This document shows positions 39,482 to 47,170 of a DNA stretch of 64,000 nucleotides, piece after piece. Position 1 is the first letter of the stretch. Each line of letters opens with the position of its first letter. The translations under genes and the position numbers were made by a program. The notes beneath the pieces are model-generated. The model had not been told where the DNA came from. It did not search any database and saw only the letters and a program-made list of their open reading frames with translations. This DNA comes from Saprospira grandis (lineage in GTDB: Bacteria; Bacteroidota; Bacteroidia; Chitinophagales; Saprospiraceae), in the NCBI RefSeq assembly GCF_027594745.1, contig NZ_CP110854.1, positions 1,180,241 through 1,244,240 of the forward strand, written 5' to 3'.

Positions 39482-40457
39482 GCCCTCCCACTAAATGCGC
39501 CTAATAGGGCCCAACAGGCTGGCAGGTCGCCCCTTATTTTGGGCCTTTTACTGCTGTTGTTCTTGGGCCTAGTTCCCGCCTGCCAGCCTGCTCAATCAGC
39601 AGAGGCAGAACCCGCCCCCCTCCTAGCAGATAGTAGCCAAACAGACAGTTTGCCCCCAAGCCAACTCCCCCCCGCTATTCGCCAAGGGCCACAGCCTCGG
39701 CTAGCCCAGTTTAGCGACAGTCTGACGACCCTAAGTATTGGGGGGCATAAGGTGGATATACAACTCCCTAGGGCCGCCTTTAAGGGCAGTATCATTATTT
39801 TGCCTGGCTATAATTTCCCGAAGGAGGATGCCTGCCAGAAAGCTCCCCTCTTTTGCCAGACCTTTTTGGAGGCGGGTTATCTACTCATTATGCCTGAAAT
39901 GGGACGCTCCTTATATAGTAGTCAGTATTTTCCAGAAACCCAGGCTCGTTACAAGCGCTATCCCGACCAAAACTGGGTCCTAGATAGTCTGCTCCCTCAT
40001 TTGCAGCTAGAATATGGGCTATTAGTAGATGGGCAAGACAATTTCTTAGTGGGCATTTCTACTGGGGGCCGAGGGGCTGCTCTTTTGGCCTTGGCTGCGC
40101 CCGAGCGTTGGACCGCAGTGGCCAGCCTGTCTGGAGACTTTGACCAAAGCCAGATACCCAATGATGGACTGATGCGCAACTTTTATGGACCTTACAAACA
40201 ATTTAGTCAGCGCTGGAAAATGGTGGATAATGTTATTGCTCGCATAGACGACTGGCAAACGCCTATCTTTATTGGGCATGGCGGAGCCGATAAGGTGGTC
40301 CCCCCCCGCCCAGTCTAAACAACTCTTTGATAGCTTACAAAGTCGTTTAGATCAGGAGCTACTCTATTACTCTGCGCCCCCCAAGGCCGAGCACAACTAT
40401 GCTTATTGGGAAGCTGAGGCCAAAAATATACTGGCCTTTTTTCAGTCATTGCCTTAG
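39482..40457 (+). pseudogene. Alpha/beta-hydrolase (putative esterase family) lipoprotein gene with a +1 frameshift in a C8 tract and no ATG start
   Basis: Lipobox-type signal LLLLLFLGLVPAC. IIILPGYNFPKED, nucleophile-elbow context VGISTGGRGAALLAL and IFIGHGGADKVVP. The reading frame stops at 40318 just after CCCCCCCC (40300-40307). The C-terminal continuation AQSKQLFDSLQSRLDQELLYYSAPPKAEHNYAYWEAEAKNILAFF is in the +1 frame (ORF 40272..40457). No in-frame ATG lies between the upstream repeat and the signal peptide. Confidence 0.6.
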
Positions 40458-40631
40458 CGGGCTGTTTTTTGTCCTGATTTATACTTTGCCCCCTAGTTGC
40501 TTGCAGCGGCTAGGGGGCTTTGTTGTTTGGGCTATGCGCTAGCTGAGACTATTTAAAATATGCTGCATTTCTTTTTTATCGCCTAGGGACAAGCCGAGAC
40601 TGTTTAAAATTTTGTGTTTCTCCTTTTGCTG

Positions 40632-40797
40632 CCTAGGGACAAGCCCCTAGGCTAGCTTTTTCAGACAGCCCTCTAAAGAGGGCCTTTGGATAAGGTTCTT
40701 CTCTGCGATAATAACTAAACAAGGCCTTGTATACCAACAGTTGAGGCCCTCAAAGAGGGCTGACTCCATTGGATTAGCCTAGGGGCTTGTCCCTAGG
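40632..40797. mobile_element. MITE-like 166-bp element with perfect 20-bp terminal inverted repeats
   Basis: CCTAGGGACAAGCCCCTAGG at 40632-40651 and its exact reverse complement CCTAGGGGCTTGTCCCTAGG at 40778-40797. Internal second inverted pair CAGCCCTCTAAAGAGGGCC / GGCCCTCAAAGAGGGCTG. Sits between TTTGCTG and CGATTATTGG, which are nearly contiguous (TTTGCTGAGGCGACTATTGG) in a paralogous sequence at 44611-44650. Confidence 0.65.
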
Positions 40798-40868
40798 CGA
40801 TTATTGGCTGAATCCTAACAAGCTAAAGGCCCAAATTTTATTCGGATACACAAAATCCTGAATAGTCC

Positions 40869-40917
40869 CGACAAGCCCCTAGGCTAGCTTTTCGGACAGC
40901 CCTCTGCGAGGGCCTTT
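40869..40917. repeat. Solo fragment of the MITE-like element (left end without the outer CCTAGG)
   Basis: GACAAGCCCCTAGGCTAGCTTTTCGGACAGCCCTCTGCGAGGGCCTTT matches 40639-40688 with few changes. Another partial TIR GCCTAGGGACAAGCC lies at 40581-40595. Confidence 0.6.
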
Positions 40918-40946
40918 ATTTTATTCCAACATACAAAATATTGAGG

Positions 40947-41358
40947 TTCCCCCTCGGAAGGGGTTACTCTAGCCCTCAAGAGGGGTTACTCTACCCCTCG
41001 AAAGGGGTTAATCTACCCCTCAAGAGGGGTTACTCTACCCCTCGAAAGGGGTTACCCTACCCCTCGAAAGGGGTTACCCTACCCCTCGAAAGGGGTTACT
41101 CTACCCCTCGAAAGGGGGTGCTCTACCCATCGAAAGGGGGTGCTCTACCCATCGAGAGGGGGTGCTTTACCCATCGAGAGGGGGTGCTCTACCCATCGGG
41201 AGGGGGTGCTCTACCCATCGGGAGGGGGTGCTCTACCCATCGGGAGGGGGTGCTTTACCCATCGAGAGGGGGTGCTTTACCCATCGAGAGGGGGTGCTTT
41301 ACCCATCGAGAGGGGGTGCTTTACCCATCGAGAGGGGGGTGCTTTACCCATCGGAAGG
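40947..41358. repeat. 22-bp tandem repeat array, about 19 copies, two sub-families, each unit a short hairpin
   Basis: About 7 units CTCTACCCCTCGAAAGGGGTTA (hairpin CCCCT-CGAA-AGGGG), then about 12 units CTCTACCCATCGAGAGGGGGTG with the variable positions drifting along the array. No spacers. Confidence 0.9.
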
Positions 41359-41706
41359 AAAATACTAGCAATAAAGAGGGGTAGATGGATTTAAATTAAA
41401 GGCAATATAAAAACAGTTATTGACTCCTTTATATCACTAAAGCTGAGCAACTTTTACAACCTTCTGACTGATAGCAATGCGCAGGCCCTCAGCTAGAAAT
41501 AGTCCTTAAAACAACTGCTAATAAGATCCAAAACTCTATAAAACACAAAAAAATAGCCTATTAAAGTATTTTTTATTAGTTATAACTTGCATCTTAAAAT
41601 TATTTACCCTATGTTTATAACATAGACAACATAAGAGCACATTATTTTTACTAAAGAGCTCTAGTTGTTAGACATCTAATTATTAATCAAATAAATACCT
41701 AGTACT

Positions 41707-42216
41707 ATGTCTAGAAGAAACATGATTAGCATTGAATTGCTTGCGGCTACGGTCCAGCAAGTTCAGAGCGCATTTGAGACTATTGAGCAGTTGCTTGATG
41801 GTCATGTTGTAAACATCAGCCCGGAGGACCGTCAGCGTTATGGGAGTGTAGATGAGCAGGCCAAACTATTTATCTTTAAGGCGCATGATTTTTATCGGGC
41901 CAAGGGGCAGTTGCTTCCGAGCTACTTTGATACTGTGGAGTATGAAAAAGACTTTGAGGGGCGTAAACTATTTGAGCGTTTTGAACAAAAGGCGGTAGAA
42001 TTACAGGAAAAAATTCGCGACACTCGGACGCTTTTGGATTATGATACCCTTCAGTATTCTTACAGTCTATATCGCCATCTAAAGAACATGAGCCAAGAAG
42101 ACATTCCGGGCATTGATTTTTGGCTAGAGGAGATGTCTCAGTTTTTCAAGCGTAGCACTAACAATGGTTTGGAAGAACAGAGCAATGATGAGGCGGAGCC
42201 GCCTATTGTTGACTAA
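41707..42216 (+). CDS. Hypothetical protein (169 aa, acidic C-terminus), preceded by a roughly 300-bp AT-rich region
   Basis: Clean ORF MSRRNMISIELLAATVQQVQ... with no recognisable domain. Upstream 41390-41706 is roughly 28-30% GC. Confidence 0.55.
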   Translation: MSRRNMISIELLAATVQQVQSAFETIEQLLDGHVVNISPEDRQRYGSVDEQAKLFIFKAHDFYRAKGQLLPSYFDTVEYEKDFEGRKLFERFEQKAVELQEKIRDTRTLLDYDTLQYSYSLYRHLKNMSQEDIPGIDFWLEEMSQFFKRSTNNGLEEQSNDEAEPPIVD

Positions 42217-42294
42217 CTAGTTTTAGTTGTTTAATCTGTGGTTTATAAATTGGTTACAGGCAAGCTCTACTTTTGTGGGGCTTGTTTTTTTTGT

Positions 42295-42533
42295 GGGTTG
42301 AGGAGGCGGCAGCCATGGCCCGCAGGGCCAAACGGCCACAACAAAGCCTTTAGGCTGTCTTCGACGACTGAAAGGAGTAAGCGATGCGGCAGCCATGGCC
42401 CGCAGGGCCAAACGGCCTAGCGATGCGGCGGGGTGGCCGTCAGGCCAGACCAAGGCGGCGCAGCCGCCGCAGGGCCGAGCAGACCTGCGAGCCCCAAAGC
42501 GTAGCGCCGCAGCTTGCTGCGGAGGCCCCAAAT
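42295..42533 (-). repeat. GC-rich interspersed repeat, copy 14 (reverse; hairpin module duplicated; module B present)
   Basis: GGCGGCAGCCATGGCCCGCAGGGCCAAACGGCC occurs twice, separated by AAAGCCTTTAGGCTGTCTTCGACGACTGAAAGGAGTAA (reverse complement of module B). Ends GCAGCTTGCTGCGGAGGCCCCAAATAAAAAGG. Confidence 0.8.
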
Positions 42534-42649
42534 AAAAAGGCTGAAGTAAATTCTTGTTATCTTGCTGAAGCTTTGTTAAATTTGGGGCTTGTTTTTGGGG
42601 CTTAGGGTCCTGAGCAGATATTAACAAACCGTATTACGAATAATATATC

Positions 42650-43363
42650 ATGGGAAGAGCATTTGAATATCGCAAAGAGCGCAAGATGAAGCGTTGGAGC
42701 CAGATGGCCAAGGTATTTACAAAAATTGGTAGAGAGATCGCATTGGCGGTAAAAGAGGGGGGCCCTGATCCGGAGAACAACCCGAAATTGCGTTTGGCGG
42801 TACAGAATGCCAAGGTGGCCAATATGCCTAAAAAGAACGTAGAGGCGGCCATTCAGCGGGCGACCTCTAAGGATGCGGAGGACTTGCAGGAGGTGGTATA
42901 TGAGGGCTATGGGCCTCATGGTGTAGCCTTTATTATTGAGACCTTGACGGACAATCCGACGCGGACGGTGGCCAATATGCGTTTTTATTTTAGTCGTTCT
43001 AATGGTTCATTGGGGACCTCGGGTTCGGTATCTTTTATGTTTGACCGTCAGGGCGAATTCATTTTGGATGCCGAGGGTTTGGACATGGAAGAGTTGGAGT
43101 TGGAATTGATTGATGGAGGAGCCGAAGAGATTGAGATCAATGAGGATCAGATTTGTATTTATACGGCCTTTGAGGACTTTGGAAACATGCAAGCCAAGTT
43201 GGAAGAGTTGGGCTTGGAGGTAAAAGAGGCTAGTTTGCAGCGTTTTGCCAATGCGAGTAAAAAGTTGGAAGACCCCGATCAAATTGCTGAAATAGAGAAC
43301 CTTATTGATAAGTTTGAGGATGATGACGATGTGCAGAAGGTTTTCCACTCTATGGAAATTTAA
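42650..43363 (+). CDS. yebC: YebC/PmpR family DNA-binding transcriptional regulator
   Basis: MGRAFEYRKERKMKRWSQMAKVFTKIGREIALAVKEGGPDPENNPKLRLAVQNAKVANMPKKNVEAAIQRA is the highly conserved YebC N-terminus. Confidence 0.9.
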   Translation: MGRAFEYRKERKMKRWSQMAKVFTKIGREIALAVKEGGPDPENNPKLRLAVQNAKVANMPKKNVEAAIQRATSKDAEDLQEVVYEGYGPHGVAFIIETLTDNPTRTVANMRFYFSRSNGSLGTSGSVSFMFDRQGEFILDAEGLDMEELELELIDGGAEEIEINEDQICIYTAFEDFGNMQAKLEELGLEVKEASLQRFANASKKLEDPDQIAEIENLIDKFEDDDDVQKVFHSMEI

Positions 43364-43460
43364 AATTTAGGCAAAAAAATAGGCGCTTTATTTGGACAAA
43401 CCAATTGGAGCGCCTATATTTGCATCGCACTTGAGGGAACGATAGTGCATAATTACTCTT

Positions 43461-43549
43461 GCCCAGGTGGTGGAATTGGTAGACACGCTACTTTGAGGGG
43501 GTAGTGCCTAATTACAGGCGTGCAAGTTCGACTCTTGTCCTGGGCACCA
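43461..43549 (+). tRNA. tRNA-Leu (anticodon GAG), type II with long variable arm; CCA encoded
   Basis: Acceptor stem GCCCAGG/CCTGGGC. D-arm GTGGAATTGGTAGACAC. Anticodon stem CTACT/GGTAG with loop TTGAGGG, giving anticodon GAG. Variable arm TGCCTAATTACAGGCGTG. T-arm GCAAG-TTCGACT-CTTGT. 3' end ACCA. Confidence 0.85.
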
Positions 43550-43611
43550 AAAAATCTCGATATCGGAAGATGTCGGGATTTTTTTTTGTGCTGTATAAGA
43601 TGAGGAAATAA

Positions 43612-43650
43612 AAAAGCCGCAAGTCATACAACTTGCGGCTTTGGTTTTTT
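43612..43650. terminator. Bidirectional intrinsic terminator between the tRNA-Leu region and the convergent minus-strand gene
   Basis: AAAGCCGCAAGT-cataca-ACTTGCGGCTTT hairpin flanked by A5 upstream and GGTTTTTTG downstream. Confidence 0.7.
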
Positions 43651-43664
43651 GAGCGCTCAGTGAA

Positions 43665-44564
43665 CTAGTTTCTTAAGTTTTTATCTTCTACAAAAATCTT
43701 CTGATCATCTAGGTAGCGGTAGTAGGTAGTCTTGTAGATATACTCTAACTTCTTCTTTTCTTTATTGGGCAGATTTCCCGTTTCTGTTAGTTCTATATAA
43801 AACTGATCATTTAGGATGAAATACTTGACCCTTGTCTTGTAGTGATAGACATAATCTGGTTTAACTTGATAATCTTCTGTAGGAGCTCTTTGGTCTATCT
43901 CACTGAGCCAGCTTAAAGCAGAGCGAGTATAATTGTTAATGCTAAAAAGTTTGATATCTGCTGTGCTAATATTAGATGGATCAGATTCCTCTGTATCTTC
44001 TCGCTGAAGAAAAATGCGTCCTCCCTCAAAAGCAACTGCCTTTGGGCTTGAGTTCGTTTCATAATAAGAGCTCCAAGAGTAGCCCATACTAAAGGCCTCT
44101 GATTTTAAACAGTTTTTTACATTTTTAGTCATCTGTTCTAAACTCCATCTTTGCTTATCCCAGTGAAGACGCATAATACTGAGATTTTCCTGAGCGAGAA
44201 CGGATCCCCTTTCTGTACCAAAACATACCTCTATCACTGCAGGTTTATGACGAAAGAAAACCAAGGCGTATAGTTCTTCTTCTTTTTTATAGTAAAATGT
44301 GGTATCCCAATAAACAAGCATTCGCCGCTCATTTTCGCATACATATGGCTCTGGGGCTAAGTAATAAGCAGTATCTTCATTTATGTTGTCAATAGCAAAG
44401 GCCAGTTTCATCCACTTTTCTTTTTCTAGCTCTAATTGGTCCGCCTCTATAGGGGTATAGGGAGGCAAAGGCTCTACATATCGCCTTTGGGCAGTTAACT
44501 GACTAACTAACAAGCTGCAACTTGCTAGTAGAAAACATAATTTGAGTTTAGCTAAAAATTTCAT
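43665..44564 (-). CDS. Hypothetical secreted/lipoprotein
   Basis: Preferred start MKFLAKLKLCFLLASCSLLVSQLTAQ (signal peptide with Cys). The longer ORF start at 44612 is not preferred. No recognised domain. Confidence 0.55.
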   Translation of the reverse strand: MKFLAKLKLCFLLASCSLLVSQLTAQRRYVEPLPPYTPIEADQLELEKEKWMKLAFAIDNINEDTAYYLAPEPYVCENERRMLVYWDTTFYYKKEEELYALVFFRHKPAVIEVCFGTERGSVLAQENLSIMRLHWDKQRWSLEQMTKNVKNCLKSEAFSMGYSWSSYYETNSSPKAVAFEGGRIFLQREDTEESDPSNISTADIKLFSINNYTRSALSWLSEIDQRAPTEDYQVKPDYVYHYKTRVKYFILNDQFYIELTETGNLPNKEKKKLEYIYKTTYYRYLDDQKIFVEDKNLRN

Positions 44565-44610
44565 AAAGGTATTGTTTAAGTAATTAGATGTTATTTGAGG
44601 ACTGTTCAAC

Positions 44611-44712
44611 ATTTTGTGTTTCCCCTCTTTGCTGAGGCGACTATTGGCTAGCTCCTAGTAAGCTAAAAAGCAAAATTTTATTCTGATATATAAAGTCCTA
44701 AACAGCCCCAGC
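44611..44712. repeat. About 100-bp dispersed repeat; uninterrupted paralogue of the sequence flanking the MITE-like element at 40611-40631 / 40798-40880
   Basis: TTTTGTGTTTCCCCTCTTTGCTGAGGCGACTATTGGCTAGCTCCTAGTAAGCTAAAAAGCAAAATTTTATTCTGATATATAAAGTCCTAAACAGCCCC aligns at about 80% with TTTTGTGTTTCTCCTTTTGCTG...CGATTATTGGCTGAATCCTAACAAGCTAAAGGCCCAAATTTTATTCGGATACACAAAATCCTGAATAGTCCC. Confidence 0.6.
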
Positions 44713-44713
44713 C

Positions 44714-45226
44714 CTACTCCCAATTCCACCAAAGCGCCCCATCTACTCCCCCAGCCTCTCCAATTTCTAGCTCCCAAATACTGCCCAAAGGCGTATGGCA
44801 ACCATAGGGACAAGTATAGGGGTAGTCGAGCTGCTCTTTCTTGGGGTCCAAATACTCCAAAATCATATTGATGGGCCCACAATGGCTAAAGATGGCCGTG
44901 GGCCGAGCCCATAACTGCTCCTCCTCTCCCCGATACCAATCCTGCACTCTTTGTTCTAGTGACTCATGCGGCTCTATTTCTTTCTCTCTTTCTCTTAATG
45001 CCTGCACTATCTTCGGCTGCAAAGCTGGAGCAAGCTGAGCATAGGGCGCATAGGTCTGCCCTACCCGCAAATAATCGCTACAATATACGGCCTGAATATC
45101 TTTCTTTGCCAAATACTGGGCAATGGCTAAGGCTTGCTCTTTTCCCTTTTCGCCCAAGGCTGGACCCGGAAAACCCCGATATTCTTTGGGGGCAGGCTGG
45201 GCATGACGCACTAAATAAAGCTTCAT
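44714..45226 (-). CDS. Histidine phosphatase family protein (phosphoglycerate mutase/SixA-like)
   Basis: MKLYLVRHAQP N-terminal RH(A/G) motif and overall length typical of SixA-like phosphatases. Confidence 0.65.
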   Translation of the reverse strand: MKLYLVRHAQPAPKEYRGFPGPALGEKGKEQALAIAQYLAKKDIQAVYCSDYLRVGQTYAPYAQLAPALQPKIVQALREREKEIEPHESLEQRVQDWYRGEEEQLWARPTAIFSHCGPINMILEYLDPKKEQLDYPYTCPYGCHTPLGSIWELEIGEAGGVDGALWWNWE

Positions 45227-45918
45227 ATTTTATGTTGACAGTCTCCTTTTTCGTTAATAATTTCATGTTCCCCCCCTTGGTTCTGCACCAATGCAAAGCC
45301 ATTGTAAAAGGGCTCTAGCTGCAAAAATCGACGATTATATATGGGCCGCCCCGCCAAATCGATATGCAACCAACCCGCCTCATCTTTGGCCCGAGCAAAT
45401 CCTTTGTGAAAAACATCTAGCTCTAGATAGCGATAAGGATGCAAGGCCTTGCCCTGAGAATCAATATGCAAACAATAGCCATCGGCCTGACGAACACAGG
45501 CATAGCCATCTCTAAAGTCTCCCGCATAGCGATAACGCTCCTCATAAAGCGGATGTCCCTGCCAGTCAATATGGAAGTAATCCCCGCCTTTTCGGACCGT
45601 GCAAATGTCTTGCTGATAGTTGCCACACCAGTCATAACGCTCTCCATAAATGGCATTTCCTTTTGTGTCTATATGGAATTGCCCCTGCTCCGAAGATACC
45701 GCCGCCCGATTACAATAATAACCAAAGGTCCGCAAATATCGCTGCCGATAAAGGGCCATGCCCTCGCTGTTGATATGATAGCTGCCCGTTTCGTCTTCTA
45801 CAGGCGCCAAACCCGGCGCATGAAACTTTAATACCGACTTATAAGGGCCAAAAATAGCTTGCCCTTCCAAGCAAAATCCATTGCCTGCAGCATTGACTTT
45901 TATGTTTTTCCAATTCAT
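45223..45918 (-). CDS. WG-repeat-containing protein
   Basis: Repeated (G/A)(F/Y)xxxxxxxWxxIDxxGxxxY units (e.g. GFARAKDEAGWLHIDLAGRPIYNRRF; GYACVRQADGYCLHIDSQGKALHPYRY). Start overlaps the stop of the downstream gene. Confidence 0.55.
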   Translation of the reverse strand: MNWKNIKVNAAGNGFCLEGQAIFGPYKSVLKFHAPGLAPVEDETGSYHINSEGMALYRQRYLRTFGYYCNRAAVSSEQGQFHIDTKGNAIYGERYDWCGNYQQDICTVRKGGDYFHIDWQGHPLYEERYRYAGDFRDGYACVRQADGYCLHIDSQGKALHPYRYLELDVFHKGFARAKDEAGWLHIDLAGRPIYNRRFLQLEPFYNGFALVQNQGGEHEIINEKGDCQHKI

Positions 45919-46886
45919 CTTTTCTCAAATATCAATAGGGTCTGTAAATCATTGATCGAACGCTTTTCTAGATAAGCAAAGCCTGTTTGCTCTGCCAATT
46001 TCCGATAGGCCGCTAAGGTCCGTTCTTGGCTCTTGCAAATGGCCAACATATTCAAACTAAGCAGCTCGGCCCCATCGGCTAGCTGCTCTTTTAGGATTTC
46101 TAAGATGTATAAGCGCCCTCCTTTTGGCAAGGACGCATAAACGTTTTCCAATATTTTTAAGGCAGCTTCATCGGGCCAATCATGTAGCACTCTGGCCAGA
46201 AAAATATGCTCGGCGACTTGGGGAATGGGCGCAAAAAAATCAGCAGAAATAGGCCGAAAAGGCAGCTCTCCCTCTGGCAATAAAGCCAATACTTTGGGCT
46301 TGTCTAATAAATAATATTTAGGCAGAGGATGAACCCTCGCCAAGGCCTTGAGCAAAGCCCCCAAGCCGCCCCCCAAATCCATCACGGCTTTGGCTTCCGA
46401 CAAATCCAACTGCTCGCCCAACTGCGCATAATCATCCCGCGCATATTCGTTCATCGCCAAATGATAAATCCGATTGCTCTCGGGCTGCTCATCCAAATAA
46501 TCAAAAAAAGGCTGTCCATATAGCTGCTCAAAAACGGCCTCATCGCTGCGAATACTCTGCGCCAAATGCTGCCAAGCCCGCAAATGCTCCTCGCCCCAAA
46601 GCAAACAAGCATACTTCAAAGATTGGAGATGTTCCTCCGCCAGTTGCGCCCCTTTTTCGGCCAAAATATACTGCCCATTTTCGGTCTTCAAGGCCTCCAA
46701 TTGCTCCAAGGCCGCCAATAATAACTGCAAACTTGCCCGCTTGGCACCTAGCTTTTCCGCCAACTCAGCCAAACTAAGCGGCCCCTCCCAAAGCGCATCA
46801 AATACCCCCAGCTGACAGGCGGTCCGCAAGGGCAAATAATGCCAATAACTGGTAAAACTATTCTTCAACTCCTGACTAATACTCAT
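45915..46886 (-). CDS. Class I SAM-dependent O-methyltransferase (family 2, HIOMT/COMT-like)
   Basis: N-terminal dimerisation/winged-helix region. SAM motif VMDLGGGLGALLKAL. VLHDWPDE motif characteristic of O-MT family 2. Confidence 0.8.
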   Translation of the reverse strand: MSISQELKNSFTSYWHYLPLRTACQLGVFDALWEGPLSLAELAEKLGAKRASLQLLLAALEQLEALKTENGQYILAEKGAQLAEEHLQSLKYACLLWGEEHLRAWQHLAQSIRSDEAVFEQLYGQPFFDYLDEQPESNRIYHLAMNEYARDDYAQLGEQLDLSEAKAVMDLGGGLGALLKALARVHPLPKYYLLDKPKVLALLPEGELPFRPISADFFAPIPQVAEHIFLARVLHDWPDEAALKILENVYASLPKGGRLYILEILKEQLADGAELLSLNMLAICKSQERTLAAYRKLAEQTGFAYLEKRSINDLQTLLIFEKR

Positions 46887-46908
46887 TTTTTTCTGTTCTA
46901 TATGATTT

Positions 46909-47150
46909 GATTTTTGGGCCTCCGCCTCGCTACGCTCGTCGGCGGTTACTCCCTTCGGTCGTCGAACTGCGAACTAAAGTTCTTGTTGTCGTTCCACAGC
47001 TCGCTGCTATTTTTGGGGCCTCCGCCTCGCTTCGCTCGTCGGCGCTACGTTCCGCAGCTCGCTGTTCGCTCGGCCCTGCGGCCTGACGGCCTTGGTCTGC
47101 GGCTGCGCCGCACTGCTGCACATCGCTAGGCCAAAAAAGGCCTGCGGCTG
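46909..47150 (+). repeat. GC-rich interspersed repeat, copy 15 (forward; hairpin module duplicated; module B present) inside an operon intergenic region
   Basis: TTTTTGGGCCTCCGCCTCGCTACGCTCGTCGGCGGTTACTCCCTTCGGTCGTCGAACTGCGAACTAAAGTTCTTGTTGTCGTT...TTTTTGGGGCCTCCGCCTCGCTTCGCTCGTCGGCG...ACATCGCTAGGCC. Confidence 0.85.
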
Positions 47151-47170
47151 AGCTAGAGAGCTAAAACAGC

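Noticed and set aside
40947-41358. CRISPR array
   Set aside because: Direct repeats are contiguous with no unique spacers, the unit is only 22 bp, and there are no cas genes in the window.
40941-41394. ORFs 40941..41384, 41140..41394 and 41162..41368 (GLYPSKG/REGVLYPS-type repeats)
   Set aside because: Pure translations of the 22-bp tandem array. The 22-bp period is not a multiple of 3 so the peptide repeats are an artefact of three rotating frames, and there is no start context.
41390-41706. Chromosomal oriC
   Set aside because: AT-rich, but I could not find DnaA-box-like TTATCCACA/TGTGGATAA motifs, and there is no dnaA/dnaN neighbourhood.
43551-43600. Second terminator immediately after the tRNA (GATATC-containing segment followed by T9)
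   Set aside because: Could not resolve a clean stem. The T9 run may still terminate the tRNA transcript, but the convincing hairpin is the one at 43612-43650.
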